64,000 bases of DNA from Candidatus Latescibacterota bacterium (GCA_965203805.1 OZ241917.1:5120001-5184000), one strand, 5' to 3'; counted from the stretch's first letter, positions 48,174 to 58,570 are shown. The notes: generated by a model not told the origin, from the letters alone. Translations and numbers: made by a program.

Positions 48174-49975
48174 TTGCCTCCTTGTGACGCCTGTTGACGT
48201 GGATAAAGGTCCAATGCCCGGTTCCAGGCGGCAACCCGGCCGGCCGGATCCGCGTCCGGAAACGGAAGCGGTCGGCCGCGGCCGTCCATTATCAGGCCGG
48301 CCACGCCGCCCTGGACGGTCCGGCGAATCGTCTGACCGGGCCCGGCGCCCGCGTCCCAGCCCGACTCGGGATGCAGGCTGACATCGGCCTCCTGACCGGG
48401 GCCCAAGTCGAACATGTGGATGTTTCCGACTTTCAGATCGCCTGAACCGGACCCGTCGGCCCTGGCGATTTCGTAAGTGGCGCAGACTTCACCTGGTTTG
48501 CCATCGCCGGACGGCGCAACGCACGTTCCCAGATCCACAAGACAGTCCCGTTCGAATACCTCGGCGGCGGCCTGTTCATTGACGCTTGTGAGCACACCCA
48601 GATGGGGCATCATGAAGATGCTGTCGACCGCCAGCCGGGTAAATCCCTGAGGCTGGAAGGCGTCGATCAGCATGGCCGCCGACTGCGCCCGCCGGGGCGC
48701 GTGTGAAAGAACGCCGCCGCTTCCCACCAGGAGGTTCAGGTCCGGCATGTGAATCAGGCTTTCGCCCCCGCCGGTCTGGTCGAATGCATCGGAGAGGGTG
48801 CGTTCCGTCTGCACGCCCTTGAGGCCCACGGCCAGGGCGCGGTGCTGGTCGAACGCCAGGCGCAGTGCCTCGCGGGCGATGGCCTGCTCGAGTTGCAGTT
48901 CCTCCAGGGTCTGGGGTACGGTCGTCGGACGGATCATCTTGTTCTTGACGCGGTCCCTGAGGTCGGCCTCATCGATTTCAAAAGGCACCCAGCGCATCAC
49001 GTTTGCCAGACCGGCCTCGGCCAGCACGTTGGAGATGCTGTATGACATGCCCAGGTTGGCGCTTACGGTCCGGTTAAACGTCCCATCGAATACACTGAAG
49101 ACATCGGTGGTCGCGCCGCCGATGTCAACGCCGACGACGTTGATGTTCCGGCGGCGGGCGACCGTCTCGATAAGCAGGCCGACCGCTCCGGGTGTGGGCA
49201 TGATGGGCGCACCGGCCCATTCCATCAGCTTCCTGTACCCGGGCGCCTGCGCCATCACGTGTTCCAGGAAGAGGTCGTGGATCACCTGCCGCGCCGGACC
49301 GAGGTTTTCGCGTTCCAGCAGGGGGCGGATGTTGTCCGTGAGTGTCAGCGCGGTTTTTTCGCCCAGAACCTCGCGAACGTTCTCTCTCGCTTCCCTGTTT
49401 CCGGCATAGATCACGGGAAGCCGGAAACCGGCGCCGAACCGGGGCCTTGGGTCTGCCGCGGCGATGAACTCGGCGAGTTCCACAACGTGGCTCACGGTGC
49501 CGCCGTCCGTTCCCCCCGAGAGAAGCACCATGTCCGGTCGCAGATGGCGGATGCGTTCGATCTTCTGGTGTGGCAGGCGGCCGTCGTTGGACGCGAGGAC
49601 GTCCATCACGATGGCGCCCGCGCCGAGGGCCGCCCGCTGGGCGCTTTCTCCGGTCATCGCCTGGACAACCCCGCCCACCATCATCTGGAGGCCGCCTCCT
49701 GCGCTGCTCGTGGACACATAGATGTCGACGCCGCGGCGGCCATTTGCGGGCGTGAGAATGCGTTCGCCTTCCAGGATGGCGCGCCCGGAGAGTTCTTCAA
49801 CCTCCTGGATGGCGTTGAGGACGCCTCTGGTGACGTCTTCGAACGGAGCCTCGACCGTTGTGGGCGCCTCACCGCGGCAGGTCTGCCGGTAGCATTCTCC
49901 CTCTTTTTCTATAAGGATGGCCTTGGTGGTCGTGCTGCCGCAGTCCGTGGCGATGATGACGTCCGGCTTATCCAT
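48170..49975 (-). CDS. glmL: GlmL/MutL-like ASKHA (actin-like) ATPase
   Basis: DCGSTTTK, TSSAGGGL, MPTPGAV, DIGGATTD, GSGGVLSHAP; stop overlaps the oppA start. Confidence 0.85.
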   Translation of the reverse strand: MDKPDVIIATDCGSTTTKAILIEKEGECYRQTCRGEAPTTVEAPFEDVTRGVLNAIQEVEELSGRAILEGERILTPANGRRGVDIYVSTSSAGGGLQMMVGGVVQAMTGESAQRAALGAGAIVMDVLASNDGRLPHQKIERIRHLRPDMVLLSGGTDGGTVSHVVELAEFIAAADPRPRFGAGFRLPVIYAGNREARENVREVLGEKTALTLTDNIRPLLERENLGPARQVIHDLFLEHVMAQAPGYRKLMEWAGAPIMPTPGAVGLLIETVARRRNINVVGVDIGGATTDVFSVFDGTFNRTVSANLGMSYSISNVLAEAGLANVMRWVPFEIDEADLRDRVKNKMIRPTTVPQTLEELQLEQAIAREALRLAFDQHRALAVGLKGVQTERTLSDAFDQTGGGESLIHMPDLNLLVGSGGVLSHAPRRAQSAAMLIDAFQPQGFTRLAVDSIFMMPHLGVLTSVNEQAAAEVFERDCLVDLGTCVAPSGDGKPGEVCATYEIARADGSGSGDLKVGNIHMFDLGPGQEADVSLHPESGWDAGAGPGQTIRRTVQGGVAGLIMDGRGRPLPFPDADPAGRVAAWNRALDLYPRQQASQGGK

Positions 49976-50315
49976 TCAGTCGGTTTTCCGCCTCCACAAG
50001 AGAATCGATCAGTGTCTGCACACTCCGGCGCTTCTCCAGAAAACGCACGAATCGACTGTATTCCTCGCCTGAGAAGATAAGGTTGACAAAGGGCGAAAGA
50101 AAAGTCAAAAACTGACTGCCTATAAAGTTGAACGGCCGTCCGGCCTCGAGTACCATCAGGGCGGGAGTGGTCATTTGCCGGCGAACCACGAACGCCGCCA
50201 TTTTCGCCGCGAGTGCCCGCTCTTCCTCCGTGATGCGGTCATCCGGCGGGTCGACGGCGAAAGCGTGTTCGAACCAGACCCTAAGGCGCTGAATTCGCGA
50301 GGCGGGCTTCGACAT
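49968..50315 (-). CDS. Small hypothetical protein (GlmL module)
   Basis: PALMVLE..RPFNFIGSQ..FLSPF..FLEKR; overlaps the glmL start and the upstream gene. Confidence 0.7.
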   Translation of the reverse strand: MSKPASRIQRLRVWFEHAFAVDPPDDRITEEERALAAKMAAFVVRRQMTTPALMVLEAGRPFNFIGSQFLTFLSPFVNLIFSGEEYSRFVRFLEKRRSVQTLIDSLVEAENRLNG

Positions 50316-50721
50316 ACGCGATGACCTCGTCACGATTGTCGCGAAACCGCAGGAAACAGCCCCGAAACGGATCGAGCCGGTGCGGGCGGGCGAAAGGGCT
50401 GAGGAAGACGCCGTCCGGCAGAACCGCACGCCGGCGTATCCGGTCCCAGGGGGTTGTCCGCCGCGCGCCCAGGTGGGCGATCAGGACGTGCTCCTGGAGG
50501 AGTGCGTATCGTGTGGGAGCAAAGTAGCGGGACATCGAGGCCGCAAGCAGTACGGCCGCCAGGAAACCGAACGCGGTCGTCTCGAAGGCGAGGGCCACCA
50601 GCACCGGCGCCACGAGGATGATCAGGACGAGCAGGGCCGTCTTCACGGGCGGCTCATGCCGGAGGGGATGGACGGTCCAGTGGAGTTCGGGGGCGGTTGG
50701 AGGGGTTCCCGGTCTGTCCAT
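50281..50721 (-). CDS. Two-TM membrane protein with bacterial PH-like C-terminal domain
   Basis: Two hydrophobic helices then FAPTRY...W..IRR..GVFLSPF..P.RLDPFRG. Confidence 0.65.
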   Translation of the reverse strand: MDRPGTPPTAPELHWTVHPLRHEPPVKTALLVLIILVAPVLVALAFETTAFGFLAAVLLAASMSRYFAPTRYALLQEHVLIAHLGARRTTPWDRIRRRAVLPDGVFLSPFARPHRLDPFRGCFLRFRDNRDEVIAYVEARLANSAP

Positions 50722-50803
50722 GCGTGCAGGAAATCGAGGGTATTGAGACGGAGAGCCGGCCTGGGAGAGACGCCGGCGTGGGATCGTCCGCCGAAACAGT
50801 GTC

Positions 50804-51679
50804 TCAGATAATACGCCGGACGATCCGGGATTCCTGTGTCGCGTCGCCCAGGTTCCAGGCATCCGTACCGTACTTTGTTTCGACAAGGTGCTCCGCGTCG
50901 ATCTTTTCCTCCGCGGTCAAGCATGATTCAGTCAGTGCGATGCCCAGGGTCATCTCAAAGCCTTCACGCAGGGCGCAAGCGACCGCGTTGAATCCTGCGG
51001 GTCGATCGGCTTCCGCAAGTGAGATGGTGTGTCGGTCCAATTCCCGGCGGAAGCGTTCTTTCAGGGGCTGACCGCGGTCCGGCATCAGATCGATGAGTCG
51101 CTTGTGTTCCGGGCCCAGCAGCAGCGAGCCGTGCTGAAGGAGCACGTCGCCGAGGCGTCGCTGGGCGCTGCCGATGATCTTTCTGCCGTCGAGGGTCACC
51201 TCGTACTGCGTGGTACTCGAAAAACAGGGAGACGTCAGGCCCTCACCCCGCGGCGACGCGGCGGGAGCGCGGCGGGGCTCGAACTCGGCTGCGACGCCGA
51301 GGAGTTTCAGCCCCGCAACCAGACAGGCGCTGATCTTCCGGTACGACTCCTGAATGGATCCGCCCAACAGCGGATCGTCGGCCCGGCACAGTACGCTGTA
51401 GGTGAGTTCATTCCAGTGGAGTACGGCGCGTCCGCCGCTCGGTCGGCGCACCAGATGGATTCCGCGATTTCGGCATCGATCCGCATCGACTTCGCGACCG
51501 ATCCGCTGGGCATAGCCGAACGATACGGCCGGCGGCGTCCAGCCGAAAGTCCGGACCGTGGGCGGCGAGCCACCGACCGCAATGCCTCGCACAATGGTTT
51601 CGTCTACGGCCATATTGAAAAAGGCGTTTCCCGATCCGGTGTTCAGGAAACGCCACGGACGTAATCCGGTGTCCGGCAT
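50804..51679 (-). CDS. Lipoate-protein ligase A / LipM-type octanoyltransferase
   Basis: NMAVDE, VRRPSGGRAVLH, GRKIIGSAQ, QHGS. Confidence 0.9.
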   Translation of the reverse strand: MPDTGLRPWRFLNTGSGNAFFNMAVDETIVRGIAVGGSPPTVRTFGWTPPAVSFGYAQRIGREVDADRCRNRGIHLVRRPSGGRAVLHWNELTYSVLCRADDPLLGGSIQESYRKISACLVAGLKLLGVAAEFEPRRAPAASPRGEGLTSPCFSSTTQYEVTLDGRKIIGSAQRRLGDVLLQHGSLLLGPEHKRLIDLMPDRGQPLKERFRRELDRHTISLAEADRPAGFNAVACALREGFEMTLGIALTESCLTAEEKIDAEHLVETKYGTDAWNLGDATQESRIVRRII

Positions 51680-51682
51680 GTC

Positions 51683-52390
51683 TCAGGAAACTCCCAGCTT
51701 CGCCAGCGCCTCTTTCGCCGCCATCTGCTGTGCTTGCTTCTTGCTGCGGCCTTTTCCGAAGCCCATTCGTTCACCGCCGATCAGCACCTCGACACTGAAC
51801 ATCTTGTGATGGTCCGGTCCGTCTTCCGAACTGACCATATAACGGGGGTGACCCCGGCCTTCGCCCTGCGTATGTTCCAGAAGGGCGCTCTTGAAATTGA
51901 GGTAGCTGTTGTTGGCGACAATTGCATCGATATTGCACAAGAGGTGGCGCTGTACGAAGGCATCCGCCGACTTCAGGCCGCCGTCGAGATAGACCGCGCC
52001 GAGAATGGCTTCAAACGTATCACCGATGATCGAGGTCCGGTCCCGACCTCCCGCGAGGTCCTCTTCCTTGCTGAGCAGGATGTGGTGACCGAGTCCGATG
52101 GCGCGGCCCCGTTGCGCAAGAATGACCTTGCTGACGAGTACGGACTTGATCTGTGTGAGATCGCCTTCGCGTTTATTCTGAAATCTCCGATACAGGTTTT
52201 CGGTTACCAGGAGGTCCAATACGGCGTCGCCCAGAAACTCCAGACGTTCGTTCGAAGCGATGCTTCCTTCGTCCAGGGCGTAGGCGTAGGATCGGTGCTT
52301 GATCGCCTGCACGAGGAGATCGGGGTCCGAAAAACGATAGCCGAGCCTGTCCTGGAGTTCTTCCGGGGAATACACTGCCCGTTCGCGCAC
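51683..52390 (-). CDS. rnc: Ribonuclease III
   Basis: NERLEFLGDAVL, dsRBD GPDH..F..GRSKKQAQQ.AA. Confidence 0.96.
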   Translation of the reverse strand: MRERAVYSPEELQDRLGYRFSDPDLLVQAIKHRSYAYALDEGSIASNERLEFLGDAVLDLLVTENLYRRFQNKREGDLTQIKSVLVSKVILAQRGRAIGLGHHILLSKEEDLAGGRDRTSIIGDTFEAILGAVYLDGGLKSADAFVQRHLLCNIDAIVANNSYLNFKSALLEHTQGEGRGHPRYMVSSEDGPDHHKMFSVEVLIGGERMGFGKGRSKKQAQQMAAKEALAKLGVS

Positions 52391-52642
52391 GAGCCAGCGC
52401 GCGAACGCGCGTTTTATTCTGACGAATCCGATACGCTCCGCCCTCCGGGGGCCGCCTTCTGTTCGCTGTCACGAATGTGTGAAAGGACATCCGCGCGGAT
52501 GTCCTTGACGGGACCCTATTCTCCAGATCCGTCCGGCAAGTCTTGCGTGACGTGCGCGACCGGCGCCGATGGCGTCCACTTCACTGAACCGACACTGCCA
52601 CAGTTGCGTCGCGGCGTCAGACTGGATTTCCGTTTCCGCGTT

Positions 52643-53896
52643 CTACCGGCCGTCGTATTTGCACATGGCGAGCACCGCGTTGTGCCCGCCGAAGCCGAAG
52701 GAGTTGTTCATAGCCACCCGGACCGGCATTTCACGGGCCGCGTTCGGCACGTAGTCGAGGTCGCACTCCGGGTCCGGATGTTCGTAGTTAATGGTGGGAG
52801 GGACCCGGCCTTGATGGATGGCCAGGAGGCAGGCGATGCTCTCGATTGCGCCGGAGGCCCCCAGCAGGTGGCCCGTCATGGATTTGGTGGAACTGACCGC
52901 GGCGTGTTTCGCGTGATCGCCCAGGACCGACTTGATGGCCGCGGTTTCGGTCCGGTCGCCGATCGGAGTGGAGGTGCCGTGCGCATTGATATAATCCACG
53001 TCGTCCGGGTTCAGCCCGGCCTGGTCCAACGCGATTTTCATCGCCCTGGCGCCGCCCTCGCCGCCCGGCGCCATATCGGTTACGTGATACGCGTCGGCAG
53101 TGAACCCCGCGCCGGCGATCTCGGCGTAGATCCGCGCACCCCGGCGACGCGCGTGTTCCAGCTCTTCCAGTATGACCGTGCCCGCCCCCTCCCCGAGCAC
53201 GAATCCGTCGCGTTCCACGTCGAAGGGCCGACTGGCCGCCTGCGGATCTTCGTTGCGCGTGGACAGCGCCTTCATGGAGGCGAAGCCACCCACCGACATC
53301 GCGCTTACGGCCGCTTCGGCGCCGCCGGTGACCATCACGTCGGCCTCGTTATGCCGGATCTCCCTGAACGCGCTTCCGATGGCGTGCGCCGCGGAGGAAC
53401 ACGCCGATACCGTCGTGTAGTTCGGCCCTCGCGCGCCGAGCAGGATGGAAACCTGCCCGGAAGTCATATCGGGAATCATCATGGGAATGAAAAAGGGGCT
53501 GATCCGTCGCGCGCCTTTCTCCATGAGGACGGTATGCTGTTCTTCGAAGGTCCAGATGCCGCCGATGCCGGAACCGATGATCACACCCATGCGGTCCGGG
53601 TTCACGGCGTCCACGTCCAGGTCCGCGTCCGCTACGGCCATCTGCGCGCAGCAGACGGCGTACTGGGTGCACAGGTCATTTCGCCGAACCAGTCTCCGGT
53701 CGAGGCCGAACCGGTTCGGGTCGAAATCCTTCAATTCACCCGCGAACGTGACCCGGAACCCGGCCGGATCGAAACGTCTGATGCGATCGACCCCGCTTTC
53801 TCCGTTAAGCAACGCGTCCCAGTAGGCGTCGGTGTTCAGTCCGTTCGGCGCGAGGACGCCGAGGCCGGTCACCACAACCCTTCGGTTTCCGTTCAA
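52643..53896 (-). CDS. fabF: 3-oxoacyl-ACP synthase II
   Basis: RRVVVTGLG, SACSS, NAHGTST, STKSMTGH, NSFGFGG. Confidence 0.96.
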   Translation of the reverse strand: MNGNRRVVVTGLGVLAPNGLNTDAYWDALLNGESGVDRIRRFDPAGFRVTFAGELKDFDPNRFGLDRRLVRRNDLCTQYAVCCAQMAVADADLDVDAVNPDRMGVIIGSGIGGIWTFEEQHTVLMEKGARRISPFFIPMMIPDMTSGQVSILLGARGPNYTTVSACSSAAHAIGSAFREIRHNEADVMVTGGAEAAVSAMSVGGFASMKALSTRNEDPQAASRPFDVERDGFVLGEGAGTVILEELEHARRRGARIYAEIAGAGFTADAYHVTDMAPGGEGGARAMKIALDQAGLNPDDVDYINAHGTSTPIGDRTETAAIKSVLGDHAKHAAVSSTKSMTGHLLGASGAIESIACLLAIHQGRVPPTINYEHPDPECDLDYVPNAAREMPVRVAMNNSFGFGGHNAVLAMCKYDGR

Positions 53897-54046
53897 GGGT
53901 ACCTTCTCTCAGATGCCAATGTTCGCGTCGGCGCGGAATCCCGGAGAATCCGGTCCCGACGCTGCGGTCGCGCCGCCGCTCGTACGGCCGGCGCTCCCGT
54001 TCCGATTGCCGTCACGACGTGACATGGCAGCCACCGGAGCGGCAGC

Positions 54047-54289
54047 CTATTCGTTAAGGCGTTGTTTCAGATAATCCGTGACGTCGCTGACTGTTTCCAG
54101 CTTTTCGGCGTCTTCATCCGGAACTTCCATATCGAATTCCTCTTCGAAGGCCATCACAAGTTCCACCGTGTCGAGTGAATCCGCGCCCAGATCATCTATG
54201 AAATGAGCTTCCGGAGTGACGCTGTCTGCGTCAACGCCCAACTGGTCTACGATAAGATCGACGACTTTCTGCTGAATATCTTCGGCCAT
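54047..54289 (-). CDS. acpP: Acyl carrier protein
   Basis: [20 protein letters not shown]. Confidence 0.97.
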   Translation of the reverse strand: MAEDIQQKVVDLIVDQLGVDADSVTPEAHFIDDLGADSLDTVELVMAFEEEFDMEVPDEDAEKLETVSDVTDYLKQRLNE

Positions 54290-54407
54290 GGCAATGATCT
54301 CCCTCCTTTGTGGCGAACGGCCAACCCCGCGTACAAGCCGGCGCGACTTTCCGTTCGCCTCTGTCGCCAGACGGTTCACGTTTGAGTTACGGATCCGTGA
54401 CAGTACA

Positions 54408-55154
54408 CTACATCACCATCCCGCCGTCCACGACCAGGACCTGCCCGGTGACATATGCGGCGTCGCCCGATGCCAGAAATGCGACCGCCGCCGCGATATC
54501 TTCGGGTTTTCCCGGCGTGCCCAGCGGAACCTGTTCAAGTATCTTTTCTTTCAGACTATCGGGGAGTTTTTCCGTCATTTCGGTTGGAATATATCCAGGC
54601 GCAACCACGTTGGCGGTAATTCCCCTGCCGGCCAGTTCCTTCGCGGCCGTCTTCGTCAGGCCGATGAGTCCGGACTTTGCCGCCGTATAACCGGCCTGTC
54701 CGGGGTTGCCCATGAGTCCCGTGACGGACGAGATATTGATGATTCGCCCGGACCGGGCCCTCATCATCGGCCGCACGGCCGCCTGCATGCACAGGAACGC
54801 CCCCTTAAGATTGACGTCGAGAACGGCGTCCCAGTCGTCGGGTTTGAGTCGCATCAGCAACCCGTCGCGGGCAATTCCGGCATTGTTGACCAGAATGTCC
54901 AGGGCGCCCCAGCGATCCAGAACGCTCTTGAAGAGGGCTTTGACGTGGGCCGGGTTCGAAACATCCGCCTGCAGGGCGAGCGCGCTGCCGCCGCGCCCTT
55001 CGATGCCTCGGGCGACAGCCTCCGCGCGGTCGAGGCTCCGGCTGGCGCAGACCGCCACCCTGGCGCCTTCGTCCGCAAGCCGGTTGGCAATGGCTTCGCC
55101 GATCCCGCGGGACCCGCCGGTGACGATTGCGGTCCTGTCCTTCAGGCGATTCAT
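54408..55154 (-). CDS. fabG: 3-oxoacyl-ACP reductase
   Basis: [18 protein letters not shown]. Confidence 0.95.
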   Translation of the reverse strand: MNRLKDRTAIVTGGSRGIGEAIANRLADEGARVAVCASRSLDRAEAVARGIEGRGGSALALQADVSNPAHVKALFKSVLDRWGALDILVNNAGIARDGLLMRLKPDDWDAVLDVNLKGAFLCMQAAVRPMMRARSGRIINISSVTGLMGNPGQAGYTAAKSGLIGLTKTAAKELAGRGITANVVAPGYIPTEMTEKLPDSLKEKILEQVPLGTPGKPEDIAAAVAFLASGDAAYVTGQVLVVDGGMVM

Positions 55155-56071
55155 ATCGTAAGACTTTCAAGGTCGGGAAGGGTTCCGACCGACGAGACGG
55201 CGACGCGCTTGTCGATGCGTCGCATCAGGGCCTTCAGCGTGTTCCCCGGTCCGGCTTCAATCGCCCGGTCCACGCCTTCCGAAACCAGCCGCGCCATGGA
55301 TTCCGTCCATCGGACGGGCGAAATCACCTGTCTGATAAGAAGGTCTTTGAGCAAGTCCGGATCGGTCGTGGGTTCGGCCGTCGTGTTCGGCACAACGGGG
55401 ATTCGCGCCGGCGAGAACGGCACGTTCGCGAGCGCGCCCTCCAGCGTACCCAGGGCGGATTGCATGAGCCCCGAGTGAAAAGCGCCGCTGACCTGGAGTT
55501 CCACGACCCGCCGGGCGCCTTCGTCCGACGCCCTCTGCATCACCCGTTTCACGGCGGTCGGTTCTCCCGATATGACGACCTGGCCCGGACAGTTAAAGTT
55601 GGCGGGCACGACCACGACATTGGGACCCAGCGATTTGCAGAGTTCCACGACCGCGCTGTCGCTCTGACCGATGATGGCCGCCATTGTGCCGGGATGCATC
55701 TTCCCCGCGGCGTGCATGGCCCGCCCCCGGAGTCCGACGATCCGGACGCCGTCTTCCAGAGACATCACGCCGGCGGCGACCAGCGCCGACAACTCGCCCA
55801 CGCTGTGTCCCGCTACGAAGTCGGGTTGAATGCCCCGATCCTTCAGGATTTCAAATACCGAGATGCTGTGCGCGAAGATGGCCGGCTGCGTGATGGCCGT
55901 TTGTTTCAGGGACTCTTCCGGGCCGTCAAAACAGAATGTCTTCAGCCCAGTCTCGGAGATCCGGTCCGTCAGATTGAACACGTACTGGGCGATCGGGGAG
56001 GCATTGTAAAGATCATTGGCCATCCCCACGTATTGCGCACCCTGGCCGGGAAATAAAAAGGCTAAGGACAT
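55151..56071 (-). CDS. fabD: Malonyl-CoA:ACP transacylase
   Basis: FPGQGAQ, GHSVGE, SGAFHS. Confidence 0.95.
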   Translation of the reverse strand: MSLAFLFPGQGAQYVGMANDLYNASPIAQYVFNLTDRISETGLKTFCFDGPEESLKQTAITQPAIFAHSISVFEILKDRGIQPDFVAGHSVGELSALVAAGVMSLEDGVRIVGLRGRAMHAAGKMHPGTMAAIIGQSDSAVVELCKSLGPNVVVVPANFNCPGQVVISGEPTAVKRVMQRASDEGARRVVELQVSGAFHSGLMQSALGTLEGALANVPFSPARIPVVPNTTAEPTTDPDLLKDLLIRQVISPVRWTESMARLVSEGVDRAIEAGPGNTLKALMRRIDKRVAVSSVGTLPDLESLTI

Positions 56072-56129
56072 AATGGCCCGACAACGTGTCTTCGCATAGG
56101 TACGGGCCACCGGCTCCGGAATAACAGCA

Positions 56130-57125
56130 TCAATAAGCCCATTTCACGAGTGCGCTGCCCCAGGTGTACCCGGCGCCGGCGCTGGCCAGTACGATATAGT
56201 CGCCCTGTTTGATGCGGTTCTGTTCGACCGCTTCAGAAAGGGCGATGGGGATGGTGCCGCAGGTGGTGTTCGCATAACGATCGATGTTGATCAGGACGCG
56301 TTCCGGCGCCAGCTTCATCCGGCGTGCCGTGGCATCGATGATTCGTTTATTTGCCTGGTGAGGCACGAGAAGGGCGATATCGTCGCCGCTGAGCCCGTTC
56401 CGGTTCAGCAGGTCGGCCGATACCGCGGCCATGCTGCTGCTGGCGAACTTGAGAACGCGCGGTCCGTCCTGGTGAACGTAGTGCATCTTCTTGTCCACCG
56501 TTTCGTGGCTGGCCGGACGAAGGCTGCCGCCGGCCGGCTGGCAGAGGTATTGGCCGCCCGACCCGTCCACACTCATGATAAAGTCCCTGATGCCGGACCC
56601 GGAATCGTCGGGTTCCAGGAGGACGGCACCCGCGCCGTCTCCAAACAGGACGCAGGTTTCCCGGTTCGTGTAGTCGACGACCGAGCTCATCTTGTCGGAG
56701 CCGATGACAACCACCTTGCTGTGGGCTCCGCTTTCGATGAACTGACCGCCGACGATCAGCGCGTACAGGAACCCGCAGCATGCGGCGGAAAGGTCGAACC
56801 CCCACGCGTTTTCGGCCCCCACCTCGTGCTGCACCAGACACGCGGTGGCGGGATAAATCATGTCCGGGGTAACCGTTGCGACGATAATCAGATCGATTTC
56901 ACTTGCATCCAGGCCCTTCTCCTCGAGCAGCGCCTCCATCGCCCGGGTGGCCATATGTGAGGCGCCCAGGCCGTCGTCGAGGATGCGACGTTCTACGATA
57001 CCCGTTCGTGTACGAATCCATTCGTCCGTGGTATCTACCATTTCTTCAAGTTCGGCATTCGTCAGCCGGCGTTCGGGGAGAAAGCGGGAGACGCCGGTGA
57101 CGGCAGCATTGACTTTTTTATTCAT
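56130..57125 (-). CDS. fabH: 3-oxoacyl-ACP synthase III
   Basis: DTTDEWIRTRTGI, AACCGF, LFGDGAGA, PHQAN. Confidence 0.95.
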   Translation of the reverse strand: MNKKVNAAVTGVSRFLPERRLTNAELEEMVDTTDEWIRTRTGIVERRILDDGLGASHMATRAMEALLEEKGLDASEIDLIIVATVTPDMIYPATACLVQHEVGAENAWGFDLSAACCGFLYALIVGGQFIESGAHSKVVVIGSDKMSSVVDYTNRETCVLFGDGAGAVLLEPDDSGSGIRDFIMSVDGSGGQYLCQPAGGSLRPASHETVDKKMHYVHQDGPRVLKFASSSMAAVSADLLNRNGLSGDDIALLVPHQANKRIIDATARRMKLAPERVLINIDRYANTTCGTIPIALSEAVEQNRIKQGDYIVLASAGAGYTWGSALVKWAY

Positions 57126-57180
57126 AGGCAAGGGTGACGATTCAGGGAATGGCAGACGGGTGGCGCGGCCGGGCCGGCAA

Positions 57181-57363
57181 TCAGACGGTTTCGCCTTCGG
57201 TGACTTCGCGGCCGTTGTATTGTCCGCAGTTGGCGCAGACCCTGTGAGGTCTGCGCGGCTGCCCGCAGTTGGGACAGAGGGAGAAAGCGGGTCTCCTCAG
57301 CTTCCAGTGCGTACGCCGCTTACCGGTCCTGGAATTGGAACTTCTGCGTTTGGGGTGCGCCAT
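57181..57363 (-). CDS. rpmF: 50S ribosomal protein L32
   Basis: [31 protein letters not shown]. Confidence 0.95.
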   Translation of the reverse strand: MAHPKRRSSNSRTGKRRTHWKLRRPAFSLCPNCGQPRRPHRVCANCGQYNGREVTEGETV

Positions 57364-57386
57364 TTCAATGTGCTCCTTCAGGATTG

Positions 57387-57890
57387 TTACTTGAGTGCCC
57401 TCAGGGCCTCCCAACGGGGATCGGTTTGGGTTGAGGTGCAGTTGCACTGGGTAAGGTTGAGGTTTTCACCGCATGTTGGACATAGCCCCTCGCAGGACGA
57501 CTTGCACAGGGGATTCAGCGGCATCTCGAGCAGGATATAGTCCTTGATCTCCTCGCCAAGGTCCACCTTGTCTCCGGACTCATCCAGAAAGATGAGCGTT
57601 TCGTCTTCGTCGTCCTTCATGGCTTCCGGCCGGTTTTTCTGAAACACGAACCTGAAGTCGCAGGCGAGTGAGAACGAGACGGGCTCCAGGCACCGCACGC
57701 ACTCGAGGCGAAGGTCGGCGTGGGTCTCGCCGCTTGCGGAAATGGACTCGCCCATTTTGACGAATTCGATGCGCGTCCTGATGGGGCCGACGAATTGCAG
57801 GTGCTCATCCTGAATATGCAGTTCGTCGGGTGTCTCCTCCCAGTCGAGACTGGCCGTGCCGTCCTCGAGTTCGTTGAGCGCGACGATCAT
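57387..57890 (-). CDS. yceD: YceD/DUF177 protein
   Basis: [26 protein letters not shown]; upstream of rpmF. Confidence 0.92.
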   Translation of the reverse strand: MIVALNELEDGTASLDWEETPDELHIQDEHLQFVGPIRTRIEFVKMGESISASGETHADLRLECVRCLEPVSFSLACDFRFVFQKNRPEAMKDDEDETLIFLDESGDKVDLGEEIKDYILLEMPLNPLCKSSCEGLCPTCGENLNLTQCNCTSTQTDPRWEALRALK

Positions 57891-57924
57891 TCAGAAGATC
57901 CCGTAGGACTTCGAGGTGCCGTTC

Positions 57925-58335
57925 CTAGCCATCTTCTCCGAAGAAAAACGCGATTTCCTCGGACGCGGTTTCGGCTGAATCCGATGCGTGCACGGCGTTT
58001 CGCTGTACGTTGGTTCCGAAATCTCTTCGAATGGTGCCCTCGGCGGCCGCGGCCGAATCGGTGACGCCCACGATCTCCCGCAGGAGCGGGACAGCGTTAT
58101 CCCGTTCCAGCGCGACCGGCACCACCGGGCCGGACGTCATGAAATCAATCAGGCCGTCAAAGAAGGGTTGTCCCTCGTGAACGGCGTAAAACCGGGTCGC
58201 TCCCTCATGCGTGAACCGCGTCGATTTCAGGCGCCGGATCCTGAACCCTCTGTCTTCCACGCGTTTGAGTATGGCGCCGGTGGCGTTCCTGGAAACCGCG
58301 TCGGGTTTGATAATCAACAATGTGCGTTCCGGCAT
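57925..58335 (-). CDS. ndk: Nucleoside-diphosphate kinase
   Basis: ERTLLIIKPDA, GTIR, NAVHASDS. Confidence 0.96.
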   Translation of the reverse strand: MPERTLLIIKPDAVSRNATGAILKRVEDRGFRIRRLKSTRFTHEGATRFYAVHEGQPFFDGLIDFMTSGPVVPVALERDNAVPLLREIVGVTDSAAAAEGTIRRDFGTNVQRNAVHASDSAETASEEIAFFFGEDG

Positions 58336-58398
58336 CGGCGCTGGTGCTTTCCATCCGCGTTCGGGTGGTCGGGTTCGCGTATCACGCTGAAGATGAAG

Positions 58399-58427
58399 AA
58401 GATAGATTTTCTCGCAAGCTTTGTCAA
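58399..58427 (-). promoter_or_regulatory. Putative sigma70 promoter of the ndk-fab run
   Basis: Minus strand TTGACA-17bp-TATCTT. Confidence 0.6.
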
Positions 58428-58446
58428 TATCAAACTTCGAATTATA

Positions 58447-58550
58447 GCTGTCGGCTGTCAGCCTTCAGCCATCAGCTAAAGAGCGGCGATGTCAATTTTT
58501 CAAAGTCTGCGCGGAAGGTACAATTGTAGGGGCGACGCTTGTGGTCGCTC
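58447..58550. repeat. TCAGC heptamer array and GTAG-type REP
   Basis: gctgtcggctgtcagccttcagccatcagc; gtaggggcgacgcttgtggtcgctc. Confidence 0.6.
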
Positions 58551-58570
58551 GCCTTATTGGCGTCCCGGTG

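Noticed and set aside
48170-49975. Glutamate mutase pathway or DNA mismatch repair MutL
   Set aside because: No B12-binding or mutase subunits are present; motifs are ASKHA-type, not the GHKL type of mismatch-repair MutL.
51734-54022. Long antisense ORFs (this 762-aa one; also 25730-27745, 46125-48074, 18381-20018, 851-2527)
   Set aside because: They are shadows of well-supported genes on the opposite strand in GC-rich DNA, with no motifs.
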